A DNA stretch of 64,000 nt from Podarcis tiliguerta (lineage: Eukaryota), in NCBI GenBank assembly GCA_965153285.1, contig OZ229113.1, one strand, 5' to 3'. Of the stretch, positions 27,501-42,500 are shown in pieces; position 1 is the first letter of the stretch; the number at the start of each line of letters is the position of its first letter. The position numbers and the translations under genes were made by a program. The notes beneath the pieces are model-generated. The model made no database searches and was not told the origin of the DNA. It worked only from the letters and a program-made list of their open reading frames with translations.

Positions 27501-30500
27501 GGTGGTCAGCCAGATGCTACAGAGAAGTATCTGGAAGACAAATGTGTGAACACGGGGGCTTCCTTTTAATCTGTTTTAGCTTGCAGGTGCCAGTATACTT
27601 GCTCTCCCAAAAGCCATTTAGTATCCCTGGGGTATTTAAGTACATTTTGAAAGTTATTTGTGTGGAAACCTTGTAAAGAGAACCCTGTTTTCTGTCCCAC
27701 GATTATTCACTTCCTCCTAGAGAGTCTGGATACAGAGAATGCTGCTGCCTCATGAATTCTGCAAAACATGCCCATGTTTTTTTCCTCTCCGGGAGAGGAA
27801 AGCAGTGGTATATTAGGGGCATCTGTTAAACTGTTTGCAAAGAAGTATACAACCTCAGTGTTCTTGCAGTCATTGGTTTTGAGCACTAGATTAAGACAAG
27901 GAAAATGAGAGTGAGGTGGTGATAATGTAACTTTTTCTATCTCCTTGTCTTCAGTCTGAAATTAAATGATCCCTTGCCTTTGTATTTCTGAAATGCAGTA
28001 CAGAAAAGGACCATGAAAAGATGCTAACAGTGCACTCGTTTTGGAGATCATGGAAGCAATTTATATGAAAAGAAAGCAATTATGCTACGGAGGCTGCTAC
28101 CCTTAAACTTTGTACTATGCAGCAGTTCTTGTGAAATAAGTGGGGATTTCTGGGGTGGGGGGAGGGCCTTGAAGCTTTATCCAAAACCCAGAGCACTGCA
28201 ATCTGATACTTGCAATTAGTTCCACCTCCTGAGTCAATATTCAGTGGCCTAAGTGCACCAGCAAAAATGTGCTGCAGTTATTCTACACAATAGCTTAGTT
28301 GAGGTGATAAAACATGGAAACACAAACGATTTATTTTCAGTGTACATTATTATTCAGGAATGTGGGGATTAAGGGGAAAAAAACACCAAGTCAATCTTAG
28401 ACATTTACTTCCTAGTCTCAGGATCATAATTGCAGCACTTAACACCAGCTTCAACTTGATAACATAGGCATGAAATGTGAAATACCACACTTGAAATGCT
28501 TTTTATAAAGACAGAATTGGTCTTGAAGTACTGTTCTACTTTTCTGTATAGCAATTGCATAATAGTAAGTTGACGAAGTGTTTGCCTAGTTATTCCTTGT
28601 TAAAATATTTATGTCCCACCTCTGCCAAGATGGCTAATAACAATCACCTAATAAAAACCATGGTAAAATGTAAAAGAACCTTAAGGGGGTTAAAACAGCT
28701 CATCAGCAACTGCATTAAAATAAAATACTATTAAAAGCCAGTGAGAGAATAAAGCATATTTTGTCTGTTTTCTGAGCACCATCCATGAGGGTGTTGGGTT
28801 AATATATAAGGGGAGGGAAATTCCAAGGAGAAGATATCACAGCTGAAAAGGTGATCTCCCCTTTGCAGCCTCCATACCTCAATGTTCAAAGGGCATTTGG
28901 TTCCGCCCCCTGGTGACGTTGCGTGTGTGACATCAGGACATTGTGTCGGGGCCCCTCAATCATCTTGAGAAGTTGGTGCCTCTGATGAGGAGCCTGCCCC
29001 CTTCCCCTTTGCGCAAATTCATAACAATACCAACTGTTGCACCTTGCATTTGGTCTGGTAGCCAGTGTGGATCTCTGAAGAGGTGTAATATTGTGACAGG
29101 GTCTCACTCCTGTCAACAATTGCTCTTCATAATTCTGCACTGACTGCAGATTACAGACCAAGCACAAGGACAGACCCACATAGATTGTATTGTATTGATG
29201 CTTAGCATAGTCTTTGTTCTTAGGTGTGATGGTAAGCTGCTTCCTGGGACCCAGGTGATCTAGGAACCAAAGGCCATGTTGGATCCTGAAATGCCACAAA
29301 ATGAAGTTCAAAGTAGAGACAGGAAAGGAATTTTCTTTAACCTTGCTATAAAGGTTGGGGACATCCTGTGCTGCAGCCTCTAAGTAGTGAGACTCTCTAC
29401 CCACAGAGGTGCACCTGACAGCTTCACTATACAGCTTTCAGCAAATGCTGGAGACAAACCTGTTCACCCTGGCCTTTGACACTTTAGGGGCATATTTTTT
29501 AGGACCCACTCTGTTTTTGTGTTCGTAAGCTGTTTTAAATGGTTTTTCATGCTGTATTTAAAATTGTAACCTGCCCTGGGATCTTAGAGTGAAGGGTGGG
29601 TAAAGAAATGAAATGATTTTGATGGTAGTAAAGCATGCATAATATTGCAAGATGTGTCAGAGAGTTTGCTGCTGTTCATTTCAATGAAGCCTAGAGGAAG
29701 GAGGCTCTGGAGTGGTCATATTCTATCCTAATATGTTTTGTTGTGCATAGATTTGAGATGTAAAATCAAGGCAACTTCATTTACAACCTTCACAATCAAC
29801 TTGCCTACTGTTGCTTCCTTGCAGAATTTAATTATAATGGTAATGATTTTCAGGAACTACTCTTAATAGTTTTCTCATTATTATACATCATTGTAAATCC
29901 ACACTATTAGCGCTAAGTACAATCAAATACTCTTCATTTAACTACTAGCACATCTTAACGTTGGTTTATGGAATGTTTCAGCTTTTTGCCTTGCTTGTGC
30001 GTAATTGGAAATATAAAATCAACACTGAGCAAGTAAAAGCTGTGTAAACAGCTTGGAGCTTCTGGAGAGTTTAATAGCTTGAACTGCCTCCAGTTTTTTT
30101 TTAAGTCTGTTTTTATTATAAAATGAAAATAGTCAAGGGCAGTTCATAGGGAAAGCACATTAGGAGAATGTATCCTTACTTAAGTGATTAGTCAAAATAC
30201 TGTCACAAAGAAATGTACTTATAGGAGAGTTTGTTGCAGGCATTCACATTGCAGTTGATTTGTAGTTCTTAAGAAATTAGTAGAAGAGAATTTGGGAAGA
30301 CACAGGCACAGGAACCAGAGAGAGGAGACCTCTGAAGGCACCAAGAACAGCATGTTTGGGCCCAATCTCTTTTGAGTCATATGAGACATCTTTGGAGAGA
30401 ATTGACTCTGTCTTCAAAGGACAGCTAAGACCATTAATGAGATAAGATGCAAGTTTGTTTGAGCTGTCCGTTGCAGAGATTGGATGTTACCCCTTAAGAA

Positions 30501-33500
30501 GAATCTTGCAAATTTAGGCATTTAATGCAGTACTCACATTGACTTTGAGGCTGCCTCCTGAAGTCAGTGGCAAACTCTTGCTGAAATGAATAAAGGCATA
30601 ACCATTTGCCTCTCTGGCATGCATCTGGTTAGAACGTTGCTTATCCAGTGTGTGATGCATTTTGTGCCTGGAATTAGGGTGCATATTTTGAAGCAACTGC
30701 ATTTGTTTGGGCAGTGTACTGCACAGTCACAAGTCCTAGATCCTCTGATGCAGCAAATATTATATGGTGTTCATTGGACCGACTTGCATGCTTATAACTT
30801 TTCTGAAATGCCTATGTTAAAACTGTGCATGAGACCCTCTCTTGTAATAAGAAATGTAACTGTTCTATTTAATGCAAATAATGCAGTAGTAATTGAGCTT
30901 GTAACTGATGACCAACATTACTACTACTAAGCATTTAAGGCAATCTATATAATAGCCACTGGATAATCCTCTTGTAAATGAAGATGATACTTTTAACTAA
31001 AAGAACATTCTGCATGCATGCTTATAATACTATACTATGCATACTATAATGTTTGGCTTAAAATTTTCTGTTTGTAACTAGCATTTGTTGTCATTCATGT
31101 GGCCAATGAACTGTTCTTAGGAAGTTTATAAAACTACTCAGTGATTTGTGGCAACAAGGTGTCATTAGAAAGTATTGCCTGAAGGCAGTACAGTGGTACC
31201 TCGGGTTAAGTACTTAATTCGTTCCAGAGGTCTGTTCTTAACCTGAAACTATTCTTAATCTGAGACACCACTTTAGCTAATGGGGCCTCCTGCTGCTGCT
31301 GCGCCGCCAGATCATGATTTCTGTTCTCATCCTGAAGCAAAGTTCTTAACCCAAGGTACTATTTCTGGGTTAGTGGAGTCTGTAACCTGAAGCGTATGAA
31401 CCCAAGGTACCACTGTATTTTCTTCCTTACTTTATTCAACAAATGGAGACATGGAATAGTGCCAGTAAGGGAAGAGTCTGGACAGAATGAGGAATGGAAA
31501 TTTATTTCCCTTTCTTTGCAGCTTTCCTTATAGATCTCCACTGAGCCTGCTCCTCAGAGATGACTCTCTAAGGGATCAAGTGTAAATCCCCTCAGCTGGG
31601 AATTCACAGGTTGAAAGGGTTTGTGGCAGTGATGCTGATCATTCTCAGACATTTATTAGTATTAGACATTTATTGGCTAGATGCAGCATTTAAGGGAATA
31701 CCAATGGCCAATGTAGGATACGATTGCCTGCTTTCATTCCCAAGTGCTGTGAGGACAGTTCATTGGCTCAAATTAGCATGCAGATGCTTACCTATAAGGC
31801 CTTAGGAGGGGAATCAGTTGACTGCTCTCTCTGTTTTGTTAATAAATGATCAGCAAAGCTGTCATCCTGTCCCATCCCCCATGCCCCCCAAATAGCTTCT
31901 TTAGTCAGGCTGTGAACCACTGATGTAGAAGTGTTGTGCCTGTTTTTACCTTCTTGCAAATGGCTACAGTCCATGATATCTGTGATGTAGGGGTCAAACT
32001 TGCCCTCGCTTGTGACACTACTGGCAAAAGTGTCTGGGTAAGGGACCTGGTTTTTATCTCTCTGTATCTCTGAGTACAGTAGCTTAATTGTCTTCTACAA
32101 AAGTGATTGGCATCTTATTAATATATTAAACATGGAAGTTGAGGAGAAAATGTGAAAGAGTAGGATGACAACTTTAAATTACGATACCACATGGGATTGC
32201 CAGCAGTACATGTGAAAAAGATCTAGGGTTCTTAGTGGACCACCGGCTTAACTGGAGGCAAAAAAGTGATAAAGCAGCAAAAAAAAAAGAAAAAAAGAAA
32301 AAAAGAAAAAAAGAGGAAAAAAAGAGAGAGAGCTAATGCTTTTCTCTTGATCTGGAGACTATACTTCTAGAAGTAATAAAGATACCCCTGCCCATACGGG
32401 CCAGTCGTGTCCGACTCTAGGGTTGTGCGCCCATCTCACTTAAGAGACCGGGGGCCAGCACTGTCCGGAGACACTTCCGGGTCACGTGGCCAGCGTGACG
32501 AAGCTGCTCTGGCAAGCCAGCACCAGCGCAGCACACGGAAACGCCGTTTACCTTCCCGCTATAAAGCGGTACCTATTTATCTACTTGCACTTAAGGGTGC
32601 TTTCGAACTGCTAGGTGGGCAGGAGCTGGGATCGAAAGACGGGAGCTCACCCCGCTGCGGGAATTCGAACCGCCGACCATGCGATCGGCAAGCCCTAGGC
32701 ACCGAGGTTTTACCCACAGCGCCACCCGCGTCCCTTCTAGAAGTAATAGTACTGCTCTATTCTAGCTTGGTCAGGCCACATTTGGAGTTTTGACAAATTA
32801 GGATGTGTGCAGACGAGGGTGGCCAAGATGATAAAGGGTCTGGAAACCAAGCCTTATGAGGAATCGTTGAGGGAGTTGGGTTGTTTATCCTGGAAAAGAG
32901 GAGACTGAGAGCAGATGTGATAGGCATCTTCAAATATCTAAAGGGCTGCCACATGGAGGATGGAGCAAGCTTGTTTTCTCCTGCTCTGGAGGATAGGACC
33001 CAAACCAATGGGTTCAAATGACAAGAAAGGGGATTCATACCAAACATTAGGAAGAACTTTCTGACAGTAATAGCTGTTCAGCAGTGGAACAGACTTCCTC
33101 GGAGTTGGTAGACTCTCCTTCATTGGAGGTTTTTAAGCAGAGATTGGATGGCTATGTATCAGGGATGCTTTATTTGTGATTCCTGTGTTGCATGGGTTGG
33201 TCTACATGACCGTCACGGTCCCTTCCAAGTCTACAATTCCAGGATTCTATTATTTATTCATTCCATACACAAAACACACCTCTGTTCTTTCCTTGGGCCC
33301 TTTTCTAGTTTTCTGCCCCTTTTCATCTGTTCCAGGTTTCATAGCTTGAGGACAACGACGCCACTCAGCAGGGCAGCATAGAGACTTTATGTTCTACATT
33401 GCCACATTCCTTGCCCAAGTAAACCACCCCTTTTCCAAGCATAACACTATGTATCTGTGCTAATTATGTTGGGTTGGGAGACACTCTTGCATGCTTTCTT

Positions 33501-36500
33501 GGGGGTAGGTAGTTGAGAGCTTTCCATTCAAGAAAATGATCTTCACCTTTGAGGAATTGAGTCTGCAGCATTAAACTATTTTTAACGTGAGCAATTGAGC
33601 AGTTTGGTGCTTAGCAGTTTGCGCACTGTGCTTCCCCCACCTTTTGCTGTTTCCTTTAGATAGCATTGTACTGTGATCTCCTTTGTACAGTGCTGATTGT
33701 CATACCCAGTTTTCTCATCTTCTAGGCAGCGTTTACTCATTGTGAAAACTGCTGCTTGAAGGCAAAAGCACTGCAAAATGTAATCACAAACAAGTACCTT
33801 GCGGATCTCTTGGGGGAAGACAAAAGTATTATTGTATGTAGTTTTAATTTTGTGAAGTGTGTTGCGAGCTTGGTATATCTTATTTCCCTGTTGCCTTGTA
33901 AAAGATTCACCTTGTGTTTAATATTCAGCCAGCTTTTTTATTGGAAGAAAATGGATTGTTGTTCAAACAGCCTAAATGCCAAGCTAGTTCAAATCTATAA
34001 ATAAAAGCCCTGCTTTCATGGTACGTGACCTGCCTCTTTCATACTGAAAAGCTAAAATGTATGTGATGTACCTGTAGAAACATGTAGAGGCCAAATGAGG
34101 GAACAGGTTGAGGGAAAACCAGAGTTTGGCACCACCAAATTGCATTTCCTAGTGTAATTCCAAGCTCTTTTCAGATAGCAGCAACAGGCTATACTTTTTT
34201 ATATAGATTGATCGACTAGTCACAAAAATATGACTAAAATGCTATATTTCATGAATTGTCAACTTCCGCCTGCTAAAATAGGATGCTGATGGAAGCAGTA
34301 GTTCTGATATTCTTATGAAGGGCCCTGTGAGCTATAGTCCTGATGATTTGTTGTGAACTGATCACAAAGCCTAGATGTAATGTTTGTTGCTGCTTTTACA
34401 TATGACCAGTTTTGGCAAAGTGCCTTTATTTGAACTAAGCTGCCCTACTTTGTAACAAAACTTTTGCAGGATCAGGCAAAAAAAATCCCTCCAATGTAGG
34501 TATGAATCCATCTTATAAATCTGGATACTGACTTCATTCTTCATAATATATTAAGCTTTTTTTTATCATGCCCAGATTGGTAGATGAGAAGTGTGTAACA
34601 ATACTTTCGAACATGTTTGCATTTAATACCTTTTTATCGCAGCTCTCCGTGATAACTACCGGTGCTGGTAAACTTCTTCTCAGGTTGTATGGTAGGAAAT
34701 GAGCAGCAGGCTATACGGTTTTTACAGTTCATCTTATTTACATTTGTGCACCTTCAGAATGTGGCTCAGTTCTGCATGATATTAACTTCTATTTAGTGAA
34801 AAATGTTTATTTTGGCACTGTATTCCATGTTACTGCAGGATGTGTCTTAGTAGTATAGAAACAGTATTATTGATTCAAATCGTTTTGTTTATTTAAACTC
34901 TCAGGTTACCATGAGAAGTTTTAATACTTACATTAACACACAAAATAAACAAGCATTAATACCTACAAATATAAATAAAGTCCTTTCAAGTTTGGTAATA
35001 AGTAGCATAAAGCAAAAGCAAGATGATTCATTAGAACAACGTAAACCGCATAAACAGCCATACATCATCACCAACTTTATCATTGATAAATGCTGATCTT
35101 TGATTATTTTCATGGGCCTAAATATAATAATTTATATTATGCTATATTATATTTATAATTTCTGCATTAATGGTCTAACCTGAATCCTACAGTATCAATC
35201 AAGTAGAGCTGGAACTTCTTTCTTTTTTCAATACATGGGAATTGATATTTTAGCTGCTGTTGACAGATTTATTGGTTTTTTTGGCATTCAATGCAGCCTT
35301 CAAAATGGTTTAGAGACTAAGCCATCTTATTTGGAATATTGTATATTGTGATTGATTATAATACAGCACTAACTGTCAAAAACTTTTAATTTTATTTCAT
35401 CTCCAAAATATGTGGCATATAATCTGCATGAGGTTTTCCCAGCAGTTATCCTCAGAGAGATTTATAAATCAGGTTCAGTTTATATGATGTCAGATGCCAT
35501 TGATGCATGGTTTTATATCCCCCCCCCCTTAAGGTTGGCTGTAATTAATGTTTTACCTATTTTTTTTCTCCTAGCCCTCCCCAAATTTCTTCTTAAATAT
35601 TCAAATGCAGGTCTGCTAATAATTTCTTGTGGTAGTTCATGGAACTTTTACTTTGCTTTCACTGAAAATCTTATATATTTTTCTATTTAATAGTGGTTTT
35701 CCCCTCAGATGCATAGAGCAATTCCTTCACTGCTGTTGGAATTCTTACTGATTCTCTATGTGTGTTGGTGTGTAACTATTTTTAATGCAGCAATAGCAAG
35801 CCCTGTAAGAAAAAAATTATACATCTTTGGGACAAAATGAGACATCACATTACATATGTGCTCAAGGATACTAGCCTGTTTTTCAAATATATATATCTTC
35901 AAAAAAAATTAAAAAATGCTCAAGCCTCCCAAACAGATATGTCTCTTAATATTTCTCTCTGTCTGTTCATTATACATATGATGTAAATGTCAACAATCCT
36001 GTATTCATATGGCCTATGAGACTGAATTGCCACCACCATCTCAGACTGCGCACATGATATATCCCAATTCTGCCTTAAGAAGTCCAGTAGTCTTAAAAGA
36101 GGGACGTGGGTGGTGCTGTAGTCTAAACCACTGAGCCTCTTGGGCTTGCCAATCGGAAGGTCGGCAGTTTGAATTGGTGCGGCGAGTTGAGCTCCTGTTG
36201 CTCTGTTCCAGCTTCTGCCAACCTAGCAGTTGGCAACCTAGCACAAGTGCAAGTAGATAAATAGGCACTGCTGTGACGGGAAGGTAAACGGTGTTTCCGT
36301 GCGCTCTGGAACTTGTCACAATCCTCCATGCACCAATAGCAGTTTAGTCATGCTGGCCACATTACCCAGAAAGCTGTCTGTGGCCAAATCCGGCTCCCTC
36401 AGCCTGAAAGCGAGATGAGTGCCACACCCATAGTCACCTTTGACTGGACTTAAACATCCGGGGTCCTTTACTTTTACCTTTAGACCTCAGTCTTAAAAAT

Positions 36501-39500
36501 GGAGGTGAGGCAATACACAGACAGTGAATAGGTGTCTTTCCAGAACTTGACACTATGCTGAATGGTTGCAACTTCTGAGATAAAGTACTTCTGAGATAAT
36601 GGAACATAACCTGTCTAATTGTGGATGCATATCTGATATTCTTGCAAACAAGTCAAAGATCAAATAGAAGACTTGGTTTTTTTTTAAAAAAAAATAAGAA
36701 TAGCAGAAATGATAAAAGTTTGCAGATTTTTTGAAGTATTGTCAATTATTGTGAGATTAATCCGAAAACCAAATGAATGCAGTATCCTGAATTGAGCTTT
36801 GTTTCACTCAAATGTCACCTAAATCATCTGCAACAGGAGGTACTGTGGGTGCATCAGGTGATCTTGGAGGAAGCTGGTTTTCTAGATCCATTACAGACAA
36901 GTTTTAGGCCCAGCTTTGGCACAGAAACTGCTTCAGTTACCCTGTATAATGACACCTGCCAGGAGAGAAATGCATCCCTGTCAACTCTCCTTAACCTCTC
37001 AGTGGTTTTAGATACCATCAGCCATTGTATCCTCCTGGATTGGCTGTCCGAGTTAGTGAGTGGGTAGCACTGCTTTGCAGTGGTTCTGGTCCTACATGGA
37101 TGGTCGATTCCAGATGAGGATGCTTAGAGAGTGTTCTTCGACCCTATGGAGCCTTCATTGTGGGGTTCCTCAGGCTTCCATTTTTATCCCCCATGCTGTT
37201 TAACATGCTGGGTGGAGTCATCTGGAGCTTTGGACTATGCTGTCAGCAATATGCTGATGACACACTGCTCTAATTGCAGGTGTCGCAGTGGATGTGCTGG
37301 ACTGATGTCTTGCCTTGGTAATAGACTGGATGAAAGCCAATAAACCGAAACTCAATCCAATAAGACCGAGGCACTGTTAGTGGGCAGTTCCTTAGACCAG
37401 ATGGATGGGAGATGGCTTTCATTTGATGGGGGGTATATTCTCTCTGAGAGTGCAGGTACGCAGCTTGCAGGTACTTCAGCATCCATTGTTGTCACTACAG
37501 GCTCAGGTGACCTCAGTGGCATGGAGTGCCTTCCATCAGCTTTGGGTGGTGGCCCAGCTGTGCCCCTATCTGGACAAGGATAGCATGACTTCTGTCGCCT
37601 ATGCACTGTTAACCTCTAGGTTATATTCCTGCAACACAATATATTTGGGGCTGCTTCTGAAGATGGTTTGGAAATTTCAGTGGGTGCAGAATTCAGTGGA
37701 CAGGTCACTGGGGCAAGACGGTTTGAGCATATTACATTGATCCTGGCCTGACTGCACTAGTTGCCAAGTAGTTTCCAGGCCCAATTCAAAGTGCTGGCTT
37801 TGACCTGTAAAATCTTAAATGAGAGAGGTATGCAATATGTCAAGGACCACCTCTCCCCATATGAACTGACCATCATTTGAGACCCTTCTTCGTGTGCTGC
37901 CAGGAGAACAGGCCTTTTCTGTGGCGTCTCCCCATTTGTGGAATGCTCTCCCCAGGGAGGCTCGTCTGGCATCTTCATTACATATCTTTAGGCAATAGGC
38001 AAAAACTTTATTTTTCTCCCAGACCTTTCTTTAATTAGCCAATGTATGGTTTTTGAACTGTGGTGGGGGATATTGTTTTTGTTGGCTACTATGTTATTTA
38101 TTTTTGTGGTTTTTAAAAAATATTGTAAACTACTCTGATCTTTGGATGAAGGGCGGTGTAGATAATTAATAAATAGAATAAATAAACAAAATTTGGTAAA
38201 GCTATTTTTCCAGACTCTTAAGTTTACCCATGCCCATTTAGGCAACCACTGCGTAGTGTTAAATTGAAACTCTAACTTCTTATTAAGGCTCAATTAGGAC
38301 TTCACCCAAGTATGAAGATTAAATTCTCAGTATATAATTATTCTGCATGCCTACCTTTCCTTGCTGCTTCTGTTCCTCATGTATTGTCACAACATTCTGC
38401 TGAGTAGCCACTAAGGGCTGTGTCACTTGGGCTGTGGTCTTGTGCATACCATACTTGCCTGAGAGTAGCCCCTTGAACACAGTGGGAATTATGCTATTAG
38501 GTTTGCATATTGTCCTCAGATTCTTTGTGTGTTTGCCTCTAACAGACTATGATGCCCACTCCTCAGTGTTTTTTTAACATGAAATGCACTGCTGAATGTT
38601 AGATTGCAGCACTAATCCCTTGCTTGCTGTATATGTTTGTCCATCCTTTGCTTGTAGCTTATGTCTGTGCCTCCTTTGCTCTTCTCAGATTATATGCTGA
38701 CCGTAGAGGCTGTGAAACTGAAGCCATTCTTCATGGCAGGGCACACCTTTGAAATGACATGCAAGGTGTCTTCCCAGAACATCAAGACTCCTCGTTACTC
38801 AGTCCTCATTACAGCCGAGAAGCATCTGAATGATCGGTCAACTCCTAATGGGACCACTCGCATAATTTCTCTCAATCAAGATTCAGTGGTCAGACGGGAA
38901 GATTGGACAGACCAGGAACGGGTGGATGGTGTGGTCTTGGAAAAGGTTCAGGAGAACGAGTTCCGCTACAGGATGTACCAGACACAGAGTTCTGATGCTG
39001 GGCTGTATCGCTGTGTGGTGACTGCATGGTCACCAGGGGGTGGAGGCATGTGGCGAGAGGCAGTCAATGGTTTATCCAACCCGATCCAGATAGACTTCCA
39101 GACCTCAGGTCAGTGCAAAGCTCAAAATGGTAATCGGTGAGAGAACATGACAATAGTGCCTGTTGCAGAGATTCATTCAGAAAAGCTGTGGTCCGTGGAT
39201 CAGAATTTCCCCTTTATATTGCTGTGTTAAATGCATTTAAGAAATTCGTGAAGTTCTGTTCCACAAAGAAATCCTACAGTGATGGTATTGTCAAATAATA
39301 TTTATGTAGTCTTTATAGCTGGTTGAAATCCAGGAAATTGGGATGGAAATGCCATGCTTAGGAACACATCTTTTACTTCTCTCCATATGAATTTGATAAA
39401 AGTTACTGGGACATCCAAGTATTGATCTGTATGTCTGCCAGTTGCCCATTGAGCCTTTAAAGATGGTCACTTGAAGTCTTAAATTTCTCTGAAGTCAGAT

Positions 39501-42500
39501 GTGCTTGAATGGAGAGTCCTCTTTGGAGTAGTCATAGAAGATATCAGACAGCCTTCTCTAGCTTGGCACCCTTCAGGTGTTTCTGCACCACAACTTCCAT
39601 GATTTCTGACCATTGCCCCTGTTAGGAGTTCCCAACAATATCTGGAGGGAACAGAAGTAGCTGTGCATTCAACTATTTCATAAGGTCATTCAGAAGCAAG
39701 TAGCTATGGACTTCCAGTACTTGCCATTATACTTCTCTTGGCATCCCTGCTTCTTAACTTGTCCCAAACTCTGGAATTGATCATTCATTTAACACCTCTG
39801 AACACCAATGTAAATGGAAGTTGTTCTAAAGTTATGGCATCTGACTGCTTCCATAACTACTGGAGCAATAAACAAATCATAAAGTTACAGTACTCCCTCC
39901 CTGGAAAGAAAGGCTTAACAAAGTTTGGCTGTAACGGAAAAAATAACACCTAAGAGCGAGAATTTTAGGTGAATATAGAAATAAATTTGGGGAAAACTGA
40001 TTGCCCAGTACAGTATTACAACATTGACAAGGAAATAATTACCTCCCGCAAAAGCAAATTCAATCAGGTTTGATTTTTTTTATAGAAGAAATCTTGTAAT
40101 TTTGCGTTAATTTGTGTTTACTTGCAAAGTATTGTGATATTAAGTAATATTTTTGGAGCAGAGTTTTGTTGATTACTGATAATCATCAAATGATTAAATA
40201 AATAACAAAAACGGGAAGAAAATAAATCTGCTTTTGGGCCCATTGCCTACTGGATGGCACATGTACACTTACATAGTACACTCTGTGCAGCTGAGAGAGT
40301 CAGAGCATTGCTAGTCAGGACACATGCCGCTTCTTTGTAGTGCCTCACTTGCCAGCTAGAGAGTCAGTGTTGTGTGAAAAGGGGATAATATTGACAATTT
40401 TTTCTGAGGGGAAAAACAACCATTATGCAGTGTAGAGATCAAGCTGTCTGTGTGAAGAGATTTGTTCATCATACCTTCAATGAACTGTTTCTGCTGGGTG
40501 GGTTATGTTTCATAAGGTACTGGGAAAGGAGAAAGGGCTACAGCTTCCCAAGCAATAGCAAAATGTCAAACATAACTATAACTTCCTTGCAGCAGACTTC
40601 TAGAAAGCAGCCTGCAGATCTGGGACTGTTAGGTACCAGTAGTGGTGCATCCTCCCAGCACCAGTGGAGAGGTGCCACTGCTGCCACCACCCCAGGAACC
40701 ACCAACAATTGTCGGTAGCTGTGGCTTAAATCAGGATTGCAGAAATGAATGTTGTGTTACAGCTTGTAGTGGCTGGTATGCTAGCTCCTTTCTGAAGTGT
40801 GAAAGCACATGGGTGGCCACACGGTGGGGTGGCACTCAACAGTGCACCAGAGTTTGCTGCAGTAGACACCAAAAGTGTGAGCAAGAAGTATGAGCCAAAG
40901 GAGCCATACCCAATGGTAGCTCTTCAGTGTATGAAGATGCTCAGTCATTTCTCTTCACGCTACACACAGCTCCAATAGTATGACAGTGTTTGGTGGGTGA
41001 AAACAAAACGTGTGAAGTGGCTCTAACATGTTGCCCATGCTTTATTTTAAAACAAGACCTTCAGTCTGAACCATGACCAAGTCAGGCAATACCCTGTGTA
41101 ACCTTAGAAGCTAATAAAGGGTGTAGGGACTACGGTTAAAGGAAATCTCAAAGATTTCCACATAAAAGCTTTTAGTGGTTGTTGCAATAGATGTCTGTGT
41201 TCTTATTGATTTTTTTGCGTGAAGCTGGGAGGACTTATTTGGATCGAAAGACTTTTCAACCACTGGTTTGGCTTACTGCCAGAGCTGTTTGGAGCATCAC
41301 TTTTGTCTGAATGGTTTCATGTTTCAAGAAAAGCTCTTCAGGATGTGAATGTGCAATTTAGCTGAACTGTAGGAGGTCTCTCTGTCTCTTTTCCCCTGTG
41401 TAAATTGGTGTCTGCGCTCCAACCCAAGTTATTTATTTATTTTTACCCTAGGAGCCCTGACACGCAGATGTGCTTTAGAAAGGTTTCCATGAACTCTCAT
41501 AGAAGAATGTGTATCAGATTCTTTCCAGTGGAGAAGCAATGTTAGTTGCAGAAAAACCAAGGGAGTCTTGAGGATCTTAAAAGCCAAACAGATTTATTAT
41601 GATATTGGTTGCATCTGATGAAGTGGATTTTAGTCCCTGAAAGGTTATGCCCTAGTCCATTTGTTAGCCTTCTAGTTGCCACAAAGCTTCCTTGTTTATC
41701 CCGGGGGTAGTAGAATTGCCAGCTTGAGATGGAAAGTTTCCCTACGACTCTCACTCACTGATCATTGTTTCGCTGCGGTGCAATGAATGCACGTCTTTTT
41801 AAAACACTTGTCTGAAGCAAGGACATCTTCAAACCTGGAGCTCATAAATCAGGACACACAAGATCTCTAATCTATATTCTCGTTCATTCAGTATCAATAG
41901 AAGGTTGTTCCCAACTGTGCAACAAAAACCTCTGTTCAATTTACTGTATTAAGACTCTTAAAACAGGAACTATCTCTAATTTGCTCAAGGCTACTTCACA
42001 GTCTAAGAGTTCTCATTGCTAGCAAATGATCCTTTATTTTCACCAGCCGAAAATTTTCCAGTTTCTATTCACCCAATTGACGTAGTCTTTTAGGTACTCT
42101 TGAGTTTCCTTTTCTACCTCATATTTATAATCCTGACTCACGCAACTTGGTAAGTCAAACAGTAATTTACCGGGACTGTGTGGCGTTGCGGCTGCTTTGT
42201 TCTTCCCTAGTAGTTTTTATTCTCTCACCACTCTACACCAAGGTTTGGATTCGTGTGTTCTCCAGACACATGGGCTCATGGTTCAGCTCTTTCCTCACTA
42301 ATCATGAGCTGCAGTCATAACCCTATTCTGCTTCCCATTCAGCTAATTATATACACACCTCACCTCAAATTGTGTTAAAGGCAAGATGCAGGCACCCCAT
42401 TTTGTCTGCAAGATCTTGGAAACCACAGGTAAGCAGGTCTGTGCTTGGAGGAAGGTCAGAGTACAAATTTAACTGTTAATAGTATATCTGATCCTTCTTT

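Larger units (their letters stand above)
32180..33251 (+). mobile_element. CR1 LINE 3' fragment, interrupted by a Sauria SINE and an A-rich repeat expansion
   Basis: CR1 ORF2 remnants (tgtgaaaaagatctaggg...; LYSSLVRPHLE; ttcaaatatctaaagggctgcca) and a 3' tail ggtcccttccaagtctacaattccaggattctat. Confidence 0.88.

Noticed and set aside
28886-29404. 172-aa - strand ORF and other 100-170 aa ORFs (2462-2875, 5914-6405, 62065-62556, 57072-57518)
   Set aside because: No recognisable domains or splice structure. They overlap repeats, GC-rich DNA or shifted frames of real exons, and are expected by chance.
34880-35110. A-rich 61-aa ORF, possibly a LINE or Penelope tail or a NUMT
   Set aside because: No diagnostic motif, and no mitochondrial gene was recognisable.
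42094-42155. Possible 56-nt poison exon (ttttag|...TTG|gtaagt) with an AP-1 site
   Set aside because: The donor is good but the acceptor tract is weak. Such pseudo-exons are common in long introns and there is no independent support.
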